Assembly: GCA_951406725.2 (NCBI GenBank)
Contig: OX597840.1
Location: 13,888,001-13,952,000 of the forward strand
Origin: Octopus vulgaris
Lineage: Eukaryota
Direction: 5' to 3'
DNA: 64,000 nucleotides
Below are positions 50,598 to 64,000 of the stretch, in pieces (within the stretch, counting starts at the first letter, position 1; each line of letters begins with the position of its first letter). Position numbers and translations under genes: made by a program. The notes below the pieces were generated by a model. The model had not been told where the DNA came from. It saw only the letters and a list, made by a program, of their open reading frames with translations, and searched no databases.

Positions 50598-51170
50598 CAG
50601 ACGTGCAGGAAGTAAATAGACACCTTTAATTTTCAAAATTTCTGATCTAAGTGTCTTAATATGTTTTCAGTGGTGTAGAAATTACAATGTAATTATTCTT
50701 TTTCATTCAAATGCCATTATATTAAACATTTGCAAAAAGTAACCATGCCACACACAAAAAATTCAGCAGAACTGTCAGATTTTCACAGAGATCGTATTGT
50801 TGGGCAATCTGAGGCTGGTCTTAGCCAGCAAGAAATTGCTGAAAATCTTCAAATTCCTCTTGCTACTGTTAATAGAATTATAGTCCAATTCAAAAGCCAA
50901 GGAAAAACATCAACAGATTCTTGTCTCGGCCGACCTGGGCCCTCAGAAAGGAAGCTTCGCTGCTTGAAGAGAACTGTGGAAAACGAACCCCCTTCGAAGG
51001 CTTCTGACATTGCAAAACATCTAGAAGTTAGTCCAAGAACATGTGTTAGATATCTACATAAGCTTGGGTATTATGGACGAGTAGCTGGAAGAAAACCTCT
51101 CCTTCAACCAATTATTATCAAATAAAAAATTTTGAAAATTAAAGGTGTCTATTGACTTCCTGCATATCTG
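50598..51170 (+). mobile_element. internally deleted Tc1 element with ~42-bp TIRs
   Basis: TA|CAGACGTGCAGGAAGTAAATAGACACCTTTAATTTTCAAAATT ... AATTTTGAAAATTAAAGGTGTCTATTGACTTCCTGCATATCTG. Confidence 0.9.
50745..51125 (+). CDS. Tc1 transposase N-terminal DNA-binding region only (paired-like HTH, GRP, second HTH); no DDE domain
   Basis: [39 protein letters not shown]...RKPLL; open 126-codon frame. Confidence 0.6.
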   Translation: MPHTKNSAELSDFHRDRIVGQSEAGLSQQEIAENLQIPLATVNRIIVQFKSQGKTSTDSCLGRPGPSERKLRCLKRTVENEPPSKASDIAKHLEVSPRTCVRYLHKLGYYGRVAGRKPLLQPIIIK

Positions 51171-51176
51171 TGTATA

Positions 51177-51209
<33 letters not shown>

Positions 51210-51250
51210 TCATTCACCTACTTAAATATTCATATATATATATATATATA

Positions 51251-51638
51251 TGCACAGGCATGGATTTTTGGTAAGAAGCTTGCTTCCCAAACACATGGTT
51301 CTGGGTTGAGTCCCACTGTGTGGCACCTTGGGCAAATGTCTTCTACTATAGTCTTGGGCCGACCAAAGCCTTGTGAGCGGATTTGGCAGACTGAAACTGA
51401 AAGAAGCCCGTTGTATATATATATATGTATGTATTTGTATGTCTGTGCTTGTCCCCCAACCATCGCTTGACAACCGATGTTGGTGTGTTTACATCCCCGT
51501 AACTGACTGGTTTGGCAAAAGAGACTGATAGAATAAGTACTGGGCTTAAAAAGAATAAGTCCTGGGATCGTTTTGTTTTACTAAAGGTGCTGCTCCAGCA
51601 TGGCTGCAGTCAAATAATGACTGAAACAAGTAAAAGAG
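51251..51638 (+). mobile_element. SINE family B
   Basis: Full match. Confidence 0.9.
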
Positions 51639-51887
51639 TATAGACTATACATATAGACATTGATGCTGTGCAGAGGAATCTTGGAAGATAATGGCCAGGA
51701 TCACCAAGCTCTATAGAAAGAGTAACTGCAACATACATAGGGGTGGCGTCCATGGGTTGTGTAATCAGCTAATGAGAGATTCATCATGACTCAAACTCAC
51801 AATTAAAATTCATAATAATGGAATTTGGATGGCAATAGAAAGCCATGGGAATCTATACAAGCAGTGCTACCAAATGATGATGAAATT

Positions 51888-51929
<42 letters not shown>

Positions 51930-53067
51930 CATATATCACAGTCGAAGCATTTCTGTCACAATCTGAACTTGATGAATGCTTACATGCAAGGAAGTATACT
52001 AGTTCAATGAGAATAGACATTTAATATTTAATTTTCAATATTTCATTTGTTCAATAAGACAATCAATACTTCATTTCATTTCTTTCTTACTATATATATA
52101 CTATTTATACTATATATTCTATATCCTATATTAATATTATAAGAATATAAATAAAGCTCTTCACTCAAATTCATAATGGAATTGGATGGTGACAGAGAGT
52201 CGAGGGAAATGCACAAAATCATTGTGTCTGACAACAGAAGCTGATTATCTTCATTACTCTATGCTTGATGAGTAATTTATTTTACTGACCCCTGGAAAAT
52301 GGGAAGAATAGATGGCCTCAGCATAATTTGAACTCTGGATGTAACAAGACGCAACCAAAAATCACAAAATATTTTCTCTAATGGTCAATCAACTCTGTTA
52401 ATCCAAATAATTATGATTTCTAACGGAAGTCCCAGATAAAAATGAAAAGAAAATGTAGTAGGATTTGAACTCAGAACTTCAAGAAAAGTAATTGAGAGGT
52501 TAGAGTATGTTAGAGAGACAGAGATAGATGTCTCACAAGAGAGGAGATACTTGGCTACTCCTGTAGGACAAGGAAAGAAATGATGGTGGGGTAGAGAGAG
52601 AGAGAGAGACAGTTGGAGTGAGAAAGAGAGAGAGAGGGCCTATCCACAAACAAACAGTGGGGGAATAAGGAGCAGAGGGGATAGAGGGGGATGATCCATA
52701 AGAATGTGAGAGAAGATATCTCGACATAGTGAGTGATGATGAGAAGAATTTGGAGTAGTTGGGAAGTGGGTTTGGTAGAAACGTAAGAGCATGGAAAACA
52801 TATGAAAACTAAAAGACCTCAGCTGTGGATATAAGCCATCCTCATTAACGTTCTTTTGGTAAGACGTATTTCTCAATTTCTGAGCGTTTGCTCATGTCTA
52901 TGACAGAAATTTTAAATTTTTGTGTTTATGAGTCTGACCACAAGGCTTTCGCTTTGTGGATACGAAACCTTGGCTAACTCTATGTCCAACATATAAAACT
53001 TTTTATTGTAACAATTACTACTCTATTCTTTAGAGTGTGGTTCTTTGCTGATATATGTTTTATTAAT

Positions 53068-53134
<67 letters not shown>

Positions 53135-53153
53135 GTATATATATATATATATA

Positions 53154-53566
53154 GGGTGCAGGAGTGGCTGTGTGGTAAGTAGCATGCTTAACAACCCCAT
53201 CGTTCCAGGTTCAGTCCCACTGTATGGCACCTTGGGCAAGTATCTTCTAAGTATTGCCTCAGCCCGACCAAAGCCTTGTGAGTAGATTTGGTAGACGGAA
53301 ACTGAAAGAAGCCTGTTGTATGTGTATGTGTGTGTATGTGTATGTGTGTGTGTGTATTTGTGTGTCTGTGTTTCTCCCCCCACCATCACTTAACAAGTGA
53401 TGTTTGTGTGTACGTCCCCGTAACTTATCAGTTTGGCAAAAGAGACTGATTGAATAAGTACAAGGCTTGCAAAATAATAAGTCCTGGGTACGATTTGTTC
53501 GACTAAAGGTGGTGCTCCATCATGGCCACAGTCAAATGACTGAAACAAGTAAAAGAATAAAAGAAT
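53154..53566 (+). mobile_element. SINE family B
   Basis: Full match. Confidence 0.9.
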
Positions 53567-53584
53567 ATTTATATGCATACCTGA

Positions 53585-53883
53585 TCAATGGAAATGATAA
53601 ACATCAATGGAAATTGTAGCTGTGATACCAGTGCCAGTGGCACGTAAGCGAACCATCCGAACTTGGCCGTTGCCAGCCTCGCCTGGCACCTGTGCCGGTG
53701 GCACGTAAAAGGCACCCACTACACTCATGGAGTGGTTGGCGTTAGGAAGGGCATCCAGCCGTAGAAACATTGCCAGATCAGACTGGGCCTGGTGCAGCCT
53801 TCTGGCTTCCCAGACCCCCGGTCGAACCGTCCAACCCATGCTAGCATGGAGAACGGACGTTAAACGATGATGATGATGATGAT
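53585..53883 (+). mobile_element. RTE-type LINE 3' end with (GAT)n tail
   Basis: Reverse complement of the 21842/36526 family, CpG-rich. Confidence 0.85.
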
Positions 53884-54222
53884 GTGTGTGTGTGTGTGTG
53901 TGTTTGTGTCAGTGTTTGTCTCTCACCACTACTTGACAGTCAGTGTTGGTGTGTTTAAGTCCTCATAACTTAGTGGTTCAGTAAATGAATGAGATCGATA
54001 AAATAAGTACCAGGTTGAAGAAAAATAAATACTTAGGTTGATTTGTTAGACAAAATGACCACAGTCTAATGACTGAGACAAAAATGTTTCACGTTTTTGT
54101 CCCAGTTTGTATTTTTTTACATTTACATATATATATATATATATATATCATCATCATCATCATCATCGTTTAGCGTCCGTTTTCCATGCTAGCATGGGTT
54201 ATATATATATATATACATATAT

Positions 54223-54654
54223 AGGCGCAGGAGTGGCTGTCTTGTAAGTAGTTTGCTTACCAACCCCATGGTTCCGGGTTCAGTCCCACTGCATGACACT
54301 TTGAGCAAGTGTCTTTTACTATAGCCTTCGGCCGACCAAAGCCTTGTGAGTGGATTTGGTAGATGGAAACTGAAAGAAGCTTGTCGCACATATAGTAAAA
54401 AATATATATGTGTATGTGTGTGTGTGTGTGTATGTATGTTTGTGTGTCTGTGTTTGTCCCCCCCCCCCCAACATCATTTGACAACCGATGTTGGTGTATT
54501 CACGTCCTCATAACTTAATGGTTCAGCATAAAAAGAGACCAATAGAATAAGTACTAGGTTTACAAAGAATAAGTCCTGGAGTCAACGTGCTCGACTAAAG
54601 GCAGTACTCCAGCATGGCCACAGTCAGATGACTGAAATAAGTAAAAGAATAAAA

Positions 54655-54657
<3 letters not shown>
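54223..54657 (+). mobile_element. SINE family B, preceded by a ~50-bp RTE 3' tip at 54148-54200 (minus strand)
   Basis: Full match. Confidence 0.9.
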
Positions 54658-54703
<46 letters not shown>

Positions 54704-55530
54704 TATATATATATATGCATATATGTGTGTGTATGTGTATGTGTTGTGTACATAGAAAGAGAGAGAGGGAGAGAGAGAAAGAGAGAGAGACAGTTGTAAA
54801 CATACATACGTACATACATACATAAACATATATACACACATATACAGTATACAAACCAATCAAACAAATGGATTAGTTAACACAGTTCTGCTGTGATAAA
54901 ATTGGTTCATCTCTAAGGATTATGAAGCTGTAATCCACCCAAACAATCATAGTTAATACATTTGCTTCAATGGAGACAGGAGTTGAGAAGAAGAAGGATT
55001 AATGTGTCACTCAATATGAATAAACACATCACTTAAACCTCACCTCCTCCTCCTCCTCCTCCCCTCCTTCCTCTTAGTCTCACTTTATGTGATACTTGAG
55101 ACAATGAGTGAGGCCTCTATGTGGTTATTTTTGCTTCTAGAAAAAGCAACTGAATCTCCCTCCAGTGACACCCAAACAAGTCTTAGAAAAAGACAATTGA
55201 AATGATGTGGTTGTGGGATCGCACAAAAGAAAAGGCTGGGATGGCTGAAAGAACAAAGACCACCACTGCCACAAACTGTCACCACTACTGTACACCACCA
55301 CACCCCAGCATCCATCGCCACTACCCCACCAGCCATCACCATTATCTACCACCATCACCACTTAATGCACATGCAGCATGGGAAAGGCAAACATAGAAAG
55401 TTCATAAGAGATATTATCTTCAGGCAAATATAGCAGTTAATTTGCCTTTTTGTGATGTAACTGCATTGACTATGATACGCAGAAAGCTATTTTTATCTAA
55501 TATTGCTTCTGTCACATATACATACATATA

Positions 55531-55586
<56 letters not shown>

Positions 55587-55588
<2 letters not shown>

Positions 55589-55972
55589 CACAGGAATGGC
55601 TGTGTGGTAAGTAGCTTGCTTACCAACCACATGGTTCCGGGTTCAATCCCACTGTGTGGTATCTTGGGTGTCTTCTACTATAGCCTCAGGCCAACCAAAG
55701 CCTTGTGAGTGGATTTGATAGCAGGAAACTGAAAGAAGCCCTTCGTATGTATGTGTGTGTGTGTGTGCACGTGTTTTTGTGACTGTGTTTATTCCCCCAC
55801 CATCGCTTGACAACTGATGTTGGTGTGTTTATGTATCCATAGCTTAGTGGTTCAGCAAAAGAGACTGATTGGATAAGTACTAGGCTTACAAAGAATAAGT
55901 CCTGGGGTCAATTTGTTCGACTAAAGTTGGTGCTTTAGCAGGGCCTCAGTCAAATGACGGAAACAAATAAAA
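55587..55972 (+). mobile_element. SINE family B
   Basis: Full match. Confidence 0.9.
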
Positions 55973-55990
55973 GCATATATATATACATAC

Positions 55991-56062
<72 letters not shown>

Positions 56063-57265
56063 GGTCTGATCAATAAGTATCCAGACTGTTGCCATAGTAA
56101 TGAACCTAGAACATGCACTCCCCCAAAATTTCAGTCCTTGTGCCTAGGGTAGATTCCTTGATTCTAGTCAGGATTTAAAACCAAAACTATATTTTCCTAC
56201 AAGTTCCTTTCCTGTTGCTTTCAGCTTTTGGACTAGGAAATCTATGAGTGTCAATTGTTAACCTGTAACCAATTTGAGTCAAAGATGGAACAAGGCTGAT
56301 TACAGAGGGAAAATGCTTTGTTCAACCTGACCTAATTAAGTTGGAAAAAATATAAATACATAACCAAAACTTGTTCTATTTCTTTGGTCACTTGATCCCC
56401 ATTTCAAGAACTTCTGTTTCTCTCTTTTGACTTCTGGAATGGCATTACATGACAATACTAAATTCCACCCTATCTCCTTGTCAGCCCAGAAAGGTAGATT
56501 CTCTTAACTTTTATCTCTTACTCTCTTTTTGCCACCTGTCTTCTAGCAGTCACCAACAGATGAAGTTAACCACCTACAGAATGGATAACAGAATAGCAAA
56601 TTATCATTGTACAACAGATCCAAGTTGTATCTTACAGTATAACAGGAAAAATAAGGAGTTACTTTTAGCATTAATTATGTTTTCTTCCTGTCATTTGCTT
56701 TATACATACAATTGATATATATATATATATATATATCCAGCTGTAGAAACCATGCCAAATCAGGCTTGAACCTAGTGCAGTCCTCTGGCTTACCAGTTCC
56801 AATCGAACTGCCTAACCCATGCCAGCATGGAAAGCAGATGTTAAATGATGATGATGATACACACACACACATACATACACATACATACATACATACTAGC
56901 TGATTATCCTGTTGTTGAGTAATTTTCACAATAGAATGCCTTGCTAAATTTTTGGGATAGAACACCCATTTTGACTGGGATTTGCAAATTAGTTTTTCAT
57001 TACACCCTTACAAATGATGGGGGAAAACATTTTACAAAAAAAAAGACATTTTTGGAAATTTATGAATCCCACTAACCTTCCAGATCGATTTTGGTCTACA
57101 TTCTTTTGAACTATGCACTTAAAACAATGGGAGAAGCCTTGAAGGTTAAAAGAAATAAAAATTTGGAAATTGGCAATCTCCATTACAATCCTCCACTTCC
57201 TTTATTTCCAAACAGAATATGAAACATAATTTAAAAACAATGCAAAATTTTAAAACTAATTTTTC

Positions 57266-57568
57266 ACCAACCACATGGTTCCAGGTTCAGTCCCACTGCG
57301 TGGCATCTTGGGCCAACCAAAGCCTTGTGAGTGGATTTGGTAGACGGAAACTGAAAGAAGCCTGTTCTATATATATGTGTGTTTGTGTTTGTCCCCACAT
57401 CACTTGACAACCGTGTGTTTACGTCCCCGTAACTTAGCGGTTTGGCAAAAGAGACCGATAGAATAAGCACTAGGGTTGCAAAGAATAAGTCCTGGAGTTG
57501 ATTTGCTCGACTAAAGGTGGTGCTCCAGCATGGCCACAGTCAACTAACTGAAACAAGTAAAAGAGTAA
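57266..57568 (+). mobile_element. SINE family B, 5'-truncated
   Basis: Match to family. Confidence 0.85.
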
Positions 57569-58137
57569 AATTTAGGGTTTTTTCCAGTTTTAAAATATAG
57601 ACAATCCGAATCTTGCAATTCGTTTCTATTTACAAGTTCAAAATAAGTTTCAGACGAAAAGGTGTGAGATTTAAAGGAGATCACCTGGTACCTTCCTCAT
57701 TTACTTGTCCCTCTGACATGCATTGATGTTTTTTCAATATTTATATCCCCATAAACACATTTTATGGAATGACAATGTAGTGGTCCATTGCTGGGATAGA
57801 AGCACTAACCAAAAAATCTTTAACCCCATCCTGCATCAAGTGTGTGTGTGTATAAGAAAAGATGGCAGAAGTAAAGTGTTTACACCCTTCCCTCTTGAGC
57901 TTTTATGTTTTTTTAAAGTTTCTTCAGATTTCTATGTTTTTGATATAAGAAATTATAATTTTGACAAAAAGAACACGTTTTCCAAATTTTAATTCTTTTC
58001 CCCTCCTCACCCATTTAAAAAAATTTTTCACTTTTTTTTTCGAAATTTTTCTATAAATCTACGTAGAAAAATACAGAGATTATGAATCTGGAGAAAATTT
58101 TTTATTTTTAAATTTAATTTTTCTTAAAAAACACTTA

Positions 58138-58634
58138 CCGTAAATCCTCGAGTATAATACGCAGGGGATTTTTAGGGGGCTGTACCACTGAAAAAACCTA
58201 AACCTTGTGTATAATACGCACCCCTTCTCTAACTTGAGTCAAAGAGGTCTAAATAATGTCCTTGGTTTGTAAAACTGTATAGGGTAACATCCTTTATTAT
58301 TATTGTACATATAACATAATGCAAACGTGTAGCTTTTTTGTGCATTTTGTTTGCAGAAAATAAAGAAATAATAGTAATAACATTTAATAAATGTTGCTTA
58401 TTGCAAGTTATGGATGATTCTTTTATGACTTCATTGCTTTCAGGCTTAGCTTAAGGTATTTCCGTGTCCAACATCACAAAATGCGTCTGAATAAACATTG
58501 CCGGACAGCAAATAGAGACTCGAACATTGCTTAGAAAATAATTTTCATTTCTAACCTCATATATAGTACACACTAGGGATTTTGACCTTTAAATTTTTTG
58601 GGGAAAAGTGCGGGTTATACTCGAGGATTTACGA
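58138..58634. mobile_element. pogo/Tigger-like MITE
   Basis: TA|CCGTAAATCCTCGAGTATAA ... TTATACTCGAGGATTTACGA|TA. Confidence 0.85.
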
Positions 58635-59304
58635 TACTTCTTCCCCTAGCTTCCCCCACATACTTCCTCGCTTTCAAAAAGCTAAAAACTGCATGTTTTG
58701 CACATGGGCAGATTTCTACTGAAATAGCAGGAAAAAAATCAAATCACCACCAGAAAACCCGATATGCTAGAAACAATAGCTAAATGATGTGATTTCTGGA
58801 AAACGTTCGTTCTGAGTTTCTATCGAAGATCATGTTTTTTTTAAATACGCTCATCACGAACATGAATGAATTACAAAATAAAAAAGTTCATTTCAATTGA
58901 ATTTTTTTTATACCCATTGTGTGTGTGTGTGTGTGTGTGTGTATGCATGCGCAACAAAAATATACTCGGAAGTTTAGTAGCAAAAAAAGTTATTTTTACA
59001 TACCTCTCTTAATTCCAGAATGAGAAAAACTTGAACGATACTTTCCAAATTGGATTTCAGCAATGATTGTTGAGCCCTCAAAAACTGTCTGTGTGCATTT
59101 ATAGCGGGGTAACCGCTGTGAGCACACAAGGTAAAATATTTATGGCATTGTACACATAAATATTGTATTAAAATAAGTTATCTTTACAGACCATGTTTTC
59201 AATTATCTATATAATTGATAGCAAAGTGTGTATAAAATGAAATTAAATCCAGGTTTAGACACAGCTCGATCAAGTTCGTAAAGTTCTAACATTTTTACCC
59301 GTTT

Positions 59305-59553
59305 TTGGTTATGTGGTAAGAAGCTTGCCTCCCAACCACATGGCTCCGGGTTCAGTCCTACTGCATGGCACCTTGGGCAAGTGTTTTCTACAATAGCCTC
59401 AGGCTGACCAAAGCTTCGTGAGTAGATTTGATAGAGGGAAACTGAAAGAAGCCCGTCGTACATATATGTATGTAGTTGTCCCCACCACCATCGCTTGACA
59501 ACCGATATTGGTTTGGTTACTTCTCTGTACATTAGCGGTTCGGCAAAAGAGAC
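59305..59553 (+). mobile_element. SINE family B, 3'-truncated
   Basis: Match to family. Confidence 0.85.
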
Positions 59554-60107
59554 TGCAGCTTTTTGCAGCCGATAAGTATTTCTATTTTCTTAGATTTTAA
59601 TTATTTCTGTGGTATGCCTAAAAATTAATAAGTTAGTAAATAAAAATACAGTACAGTTCTGCAGTGTATAACACATTAATTAAAATATATTAAAAGAAAA
59701 TACGTTTTGTACCGAAGAGGAATAAACACAGAATCGCACATACTGTATGAAAAACGAAACTCGGAAGGCGAGTGTTTGTTGGTGTTTTGCATTTATAATA
59801 AAACAAATATATACAAATTATAGAAATAATTATAAAAAAATACACAGTACAGTACTGTTTCTACTTCGTGGATTTTCACCTATCGCAGGGTGTTTTGGAA
59901 CGTAACACTCGTGATAGTTGAAGGATTACTGTATTTCTCATAGAAATTTATGTTTTATTATTATTATTATTTACAAACTATATAGTGTATGGGATGTAGG
60001 ATTCGAAAATCAAATTTGTTTTTCTCTGGGATGCACCGTTTCCAAACCTTTTTAGGCTAAACACACATACATAATCACATACACTCATATTCATACAGTA
60101 GATTATA

Positions 60108-60347
60108 CACGGGGACCCCAAAATAGGTTTACAGTTACCACATAGGCACTTTAAATTTCTTTGAAAACATTTTATTACATCTAAATTTCTATCATACAAT
60201 TAACTAAATTAGTATAAAATAATGGTTTCATATTTTCTAATAATTAATATCTAAACTGTTATTATTATTTAAATAAATTCGATATATTAAGTAAAATGTC
60301 CTGCTGATGTTGTTGAATAACTGTAAACCTACTTTTGGGTCACCCTA
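60108..60347. mobile_element. Tc1/mariner MITE
   Basis: TA|CACGGGGACCCCAAAATAGGTTTACAGTTA ... TAACTGTAAACCTACTTTTGGGTCACCCTA|TA. Confidence 0.8.
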
Positions 60348-60371
60348 TAGATCTGTTATCCTTCCTCTTTG

Positions 60372-60740
60372 ACTCATTACAGTTAATAGATTGTGGTCAT
60401 GCTGGAGCACCACCTTGAGGAATTTTAGATGAATAAATCAACCACCAGCTCCTGTTTTAAAGTTTGATACTTATTCTATCAATATCTTTTGTGGAACTGC
60501 TAAGTTACAGGGATGTGAACACACCAACACCAGTTCTCAAGCGGTGGTGGGGGACAAACACTGACACAACGGCACATATGCATACAATGGGCTTCTTCTA
60601 GTTTTCATCTACCAAATCTAGCAAAGCTTTGGTTGGCCAGGGACTATAGTAGAAGACACCTGCCTAAAGTGCCATGCAGTGGGACTGAACCCAGAACCAT
60701 GTGGTTGGGAAGCAAACTTCTTAGCACATACGCCTGCACC
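60372..60740 (-). mobile_element. SINE family B (older)
   Basis: Reverse-complement match. Confidence 0.8.
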
Positions 60741-60893
60741 TACATACTTACATACATATAGATATATGCTCATATATATATACATATATAATATTCATAG
60801 ATAGATATATGTACATATATATACATATATAACATTTATAGATATATGTACATATATGTGCTTGTGTATGTGTCTATCTATCTATCTATCTAT

Positions 60894-60932
<39 letters not shown>

Positions 60933-61741
60933 TATATATATATATATATATATATATATTGAGAGAGAGAGATACGTATGCACATGTGTATATCAAGAAA
61001 TCCATTGTAATGTTTGCTAACATTAGGGATATGTACAAATGGAAAGACCAAATATTTTGATGTTTTATATAAACATTGGTCTGCAATATTTACTAAGAGA
61101 TGTTTGGTAAAAGGGGTGGGGTGGAGTGAAGTTACAGAGTTCCACAAGAATGTATTCTATTAATAAAACAATAGTTCTTCAACTCAATTATTTGAGTAAT
61201 TGATTTTTATCTGTCTACTCACATTCCATTCTTATTCTTTGATTCTGTTATGGGTTTCATTCATTGGAGACTGGCCATGCTGTAGCAACATCTTAAATGC
61301 TTCTGTTTCTTTAGAAGATTGTATTAGACTATAGTAATTAGTTTTCAGCCAGTTAATTATTTGATCAATCAAAACTTAAAGAATGGCTAAATTGACTTTT
61401 ATTCCGACATAAAGGGATGCAACTTAACACAATGGTTTGAACCAGGAAACATAATTGGTGCCACAGGCATCACACTCATAGTCTCTTATTCTTTTATTCT
61501 TTCACTTATTTCATTCATTTGACTGTGGCCATGTTGGAGCACCACCTTGATGGGCTTATTTCTGAAGCCAAGTACTTATTCTATTGGTCTCTCTTGCCTC
61601 CATCAGTAAATTAAAAACATTCCAGGTTGAATCCAGACCTGGAATCCTGAAATTTTGGATTTCTATGTTTTCATTACAGCAATTGTTTCCGGGGATTTTT
61701 TTACATGATTTTTAGTGTACACACACACACACACATATATA

Positions 61742-62126
61742 CAGTAAAACCTCGCAGTATGAGTGCACCATTGTACAAGTATTTTGCTGTATAAGCTAAA
61801 ACTTGTGCAAATTTTTGTCTTGAAGTATGAGCAAAAATCCAGAGTACAAGCACACAAATCAATCTATCTTTAAGGTAATTCAGTTAATAAAACCAGTCTG
61901 CATATTTCTTTTGCATTCTCTTTTTTATAATTGCCATTTTACGTGTAACTACATCTTTTCTGTTTTAAAACCCATAAAAAAATTAATTTTGAGTGGTTTT
62001 GTGGGGCTGGAACAGATTAATTATATTTATCTAATTTCAATGGGGAAAATTGATTTGTAAAACAAATAAATTGTAAGACAAGCTCGGTCATGGAACGAAT
62101 TAAACTCGTACTGCAAGGTATCGCTG
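61742..62126. mobile_element. Tigger-like MITE
   Basis: TA|CAGTAAAACCTCGCAGTATGAGT ... ACTCGTACTGCAAGGTATCGCTG|TA. Confidence 0.75.
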
Positions 62127-62851
62127 TATATATATTTCAGGCTGTAGGTCACAGTTTTGCACCAAGTTATTGAAATATTGACTTCAAATTTTGGTACAAG
62201 GCCAGTAATCTCAAGGAAGGGGTTAAGCTGATTACATCCTCCCCAGTGCATAACTGGTACTTATTTTATTGACCCCAAAAAGATGAAGTGCAAAGTCAAC
62301 CTCAGTGAAAAGGTAATTGAAATATTACAGAAATAAGCAAGGCAGCTTTACAAAGAGAAGGTGATAGTCACATGACGTTATCTGTAATTGGGTTTTTTTC
62401 CAGCATCTGACATCACATCATCCTCAAATACATCTATTCTGGGAGCACTGCAATCAACATTGGAAAAAAAAGTCACTGATTAGAAAATATAATCCAATTA
62501 AACTAATTATATAAATTAGTGCAGCATTTTGAAAGAAATGTATTTTCTGAGAAAAAAAAATCCAGAGTAAAATTTTGTGTTCTATATTAGTTGATTTGAA
62601 GTTCTTTGTGTACGTATTTGCAAAATTTAACTTGAACCATGTTCTGGATGGGACCATCCTGAGAGAATCCCTATTCATGCACAACTTAAAGACTGCGAGC
62701 ATCATCTTTTGAAAGCAATTTATCCAAAATACTTATTGCTCATACCAGCTTTCACCTATCACCTTATCCCTTGCAGCCTTTCATCTTTTATATTCTCATC
62801 ACCTGTGTTGATTGCACCATCATTCCCATGAAAAATTCATCAGGCTTTATA

Positions 62852-63515
62852 CAGGGTGTCTCAAAAGACACTGATGGGTTTCAATTTTTAATAACTTCCT
62901 AAACTTTACAAAGAAATGCATAAAATTTTGAAACAATATAAAGGACAGAATGGAAATTAATATTCACAAGTCAAATTTTCCAACACCCCAACATCGCATT
63001 TGAAAGATGACATTGCTTAAATGTGGCAGTCATTTTCGGCTTTGCATGCCTGTGCTCTTTCCAAAACTTGCACCATAACACCCTCAAGAGTTTCAGACCC
63101 CCTACTTCTCTGATTTCTCTATTGATGTTCTCCTTCAATTGCACTAGGGTCTCTGGTTTGTTGACGTTAACCCTCTCTTTCAGGTATCCCTACAAGAAAA
63201 ATCCAGGCTAGTCAGAGACCCTGGTGCAACTGAAGGAGAACATCAATAGAGAAATCAGAGAATTGAGGTTTGAAACACTGGAAGATGTTATGGTGCAAGT
63301 TTTGGAGAGAGCACGACAGGCATGCGTAGCTGAAAATGGCTGCCATTTCAGCGATGTCAATTTTCAAATGTGATGTAGTGGTGTTGCAAAATTTGACTTG
63401 TGCATATTAATTTCCATTCTGTCCTTTATTTTGTTTCAAAATTTCGTGCATTTATTTGTAAAGTTAAGGAAGTTATTAAAAGCTGAAACCCAACAGTGAC
63501 TTTTGGGACACCCTG
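62852..63515. mobile_element. fold-back Tc1/mariner MITE made of two right ends (~300-bp arms)
   Basis: TA|CAGGGTGTC ... GACACCCTG|TA; arms complementary up to a ~55-bp spacer; spacer and arms read FFL*GYLKERVNVNKPETLVQLKENINREI. Confidence 0.9.
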
Positions 63516-63519
63516 TATA

Positions 63520-64000
63520 TAGGAGATTGCATTAGGCCGTCCTGCAATCCAAGGCACTTTGAATGGGCTAGGGCTTCTATGTGAAGCTGGTGCAGGAAAC
63601 AGCCATGAACTCACGTTATTTGTCGGGTCTTCACAGTCACAGCATATCTCCAGAGATCTCGGTCTTTCATCATTGCCTCTGTGAGGCCCAACATTCAAAG
63701 GTCATGCTTGACCACCTCATGCCATGTCTTCCTGGATCTACCTCTCCCCCTGATACCTTCAACTGTTTGAGAGTGGCACTTCTTCACATATCTCTCCTCA
63801 TCCATCCACAGTACATGACCATACCAGCACAAACGTCTCTCTTGCACACCACATCCGATGCTTCTTATGTCCAGCATTTCTCTTATGGCATTTACACTCT
63901 GTCGTGTATGCACACTGACATTACACATCCAGCGGATCATGCTAGCTTCATTTCTTTCAAGCCTATGCATGTCCTCTGCAGTCACAGCCCATGTTTCACT
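63520..64000 (-). mobile_element. RTE-clade LINE, ORF C-terminus and part of the 3' UTR (continues beyond window)
   Basis: MIRWMCNV...RRLCWYGHVLWM...GRGRSRKTW..VKHDL. Confidence 0.9.

Noticed and set aside
56940-59150. Probable additional DNA-transposon remnants around the pogo-like MITE
   Set aside because: Could not define termini or coding motifs well enough to annotate.

Overview
AT-rich eukaryotic DNA, almost certainly a coleoid cephalopod (Octopus-type). This is inferred from the SINE families, the RTE 3' ends and the very dense (TA)n/(CA)n/(ATT)n/(ATG)n microsatellites. I find no recognisable host protein-coding gene; nearly all ORFs in the track are microsatellite or repeat artefacts, so the window is probably intergenic or intronic. 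It is packed with decayed mobile elements: four tRNA-headed SINE families; RTE, R4/Dong-like (RLE) and L1/Tx1-like LINE fragments; three Penelope-like (GIY-YIG) fragments; mariner/Tc1/maT/pogo relics and MITEs; a near full-length Chapaev3 transposon; two Helitrons; and a tRNA-Val(TAC) pseudogene. The most notable structure is a dispersed set of type I hammerhead-ribozyme-like motifs with unusually long stem II inserts. The best ones lie at the 3' end of the Penelope-like element (43054-43173) and as a mirror-image pair inside a ~340-bp palindrome (39694-40035). Also notable are many long hairpin-forming palindromes, a twin-priming-like inversion in an RTE, a SINE/L1 shared tail, and a blockwise strand bias of the commonest SINE. 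Coordinates of decayed repeats are approximate, and family names come from motif recognition, not database searches.
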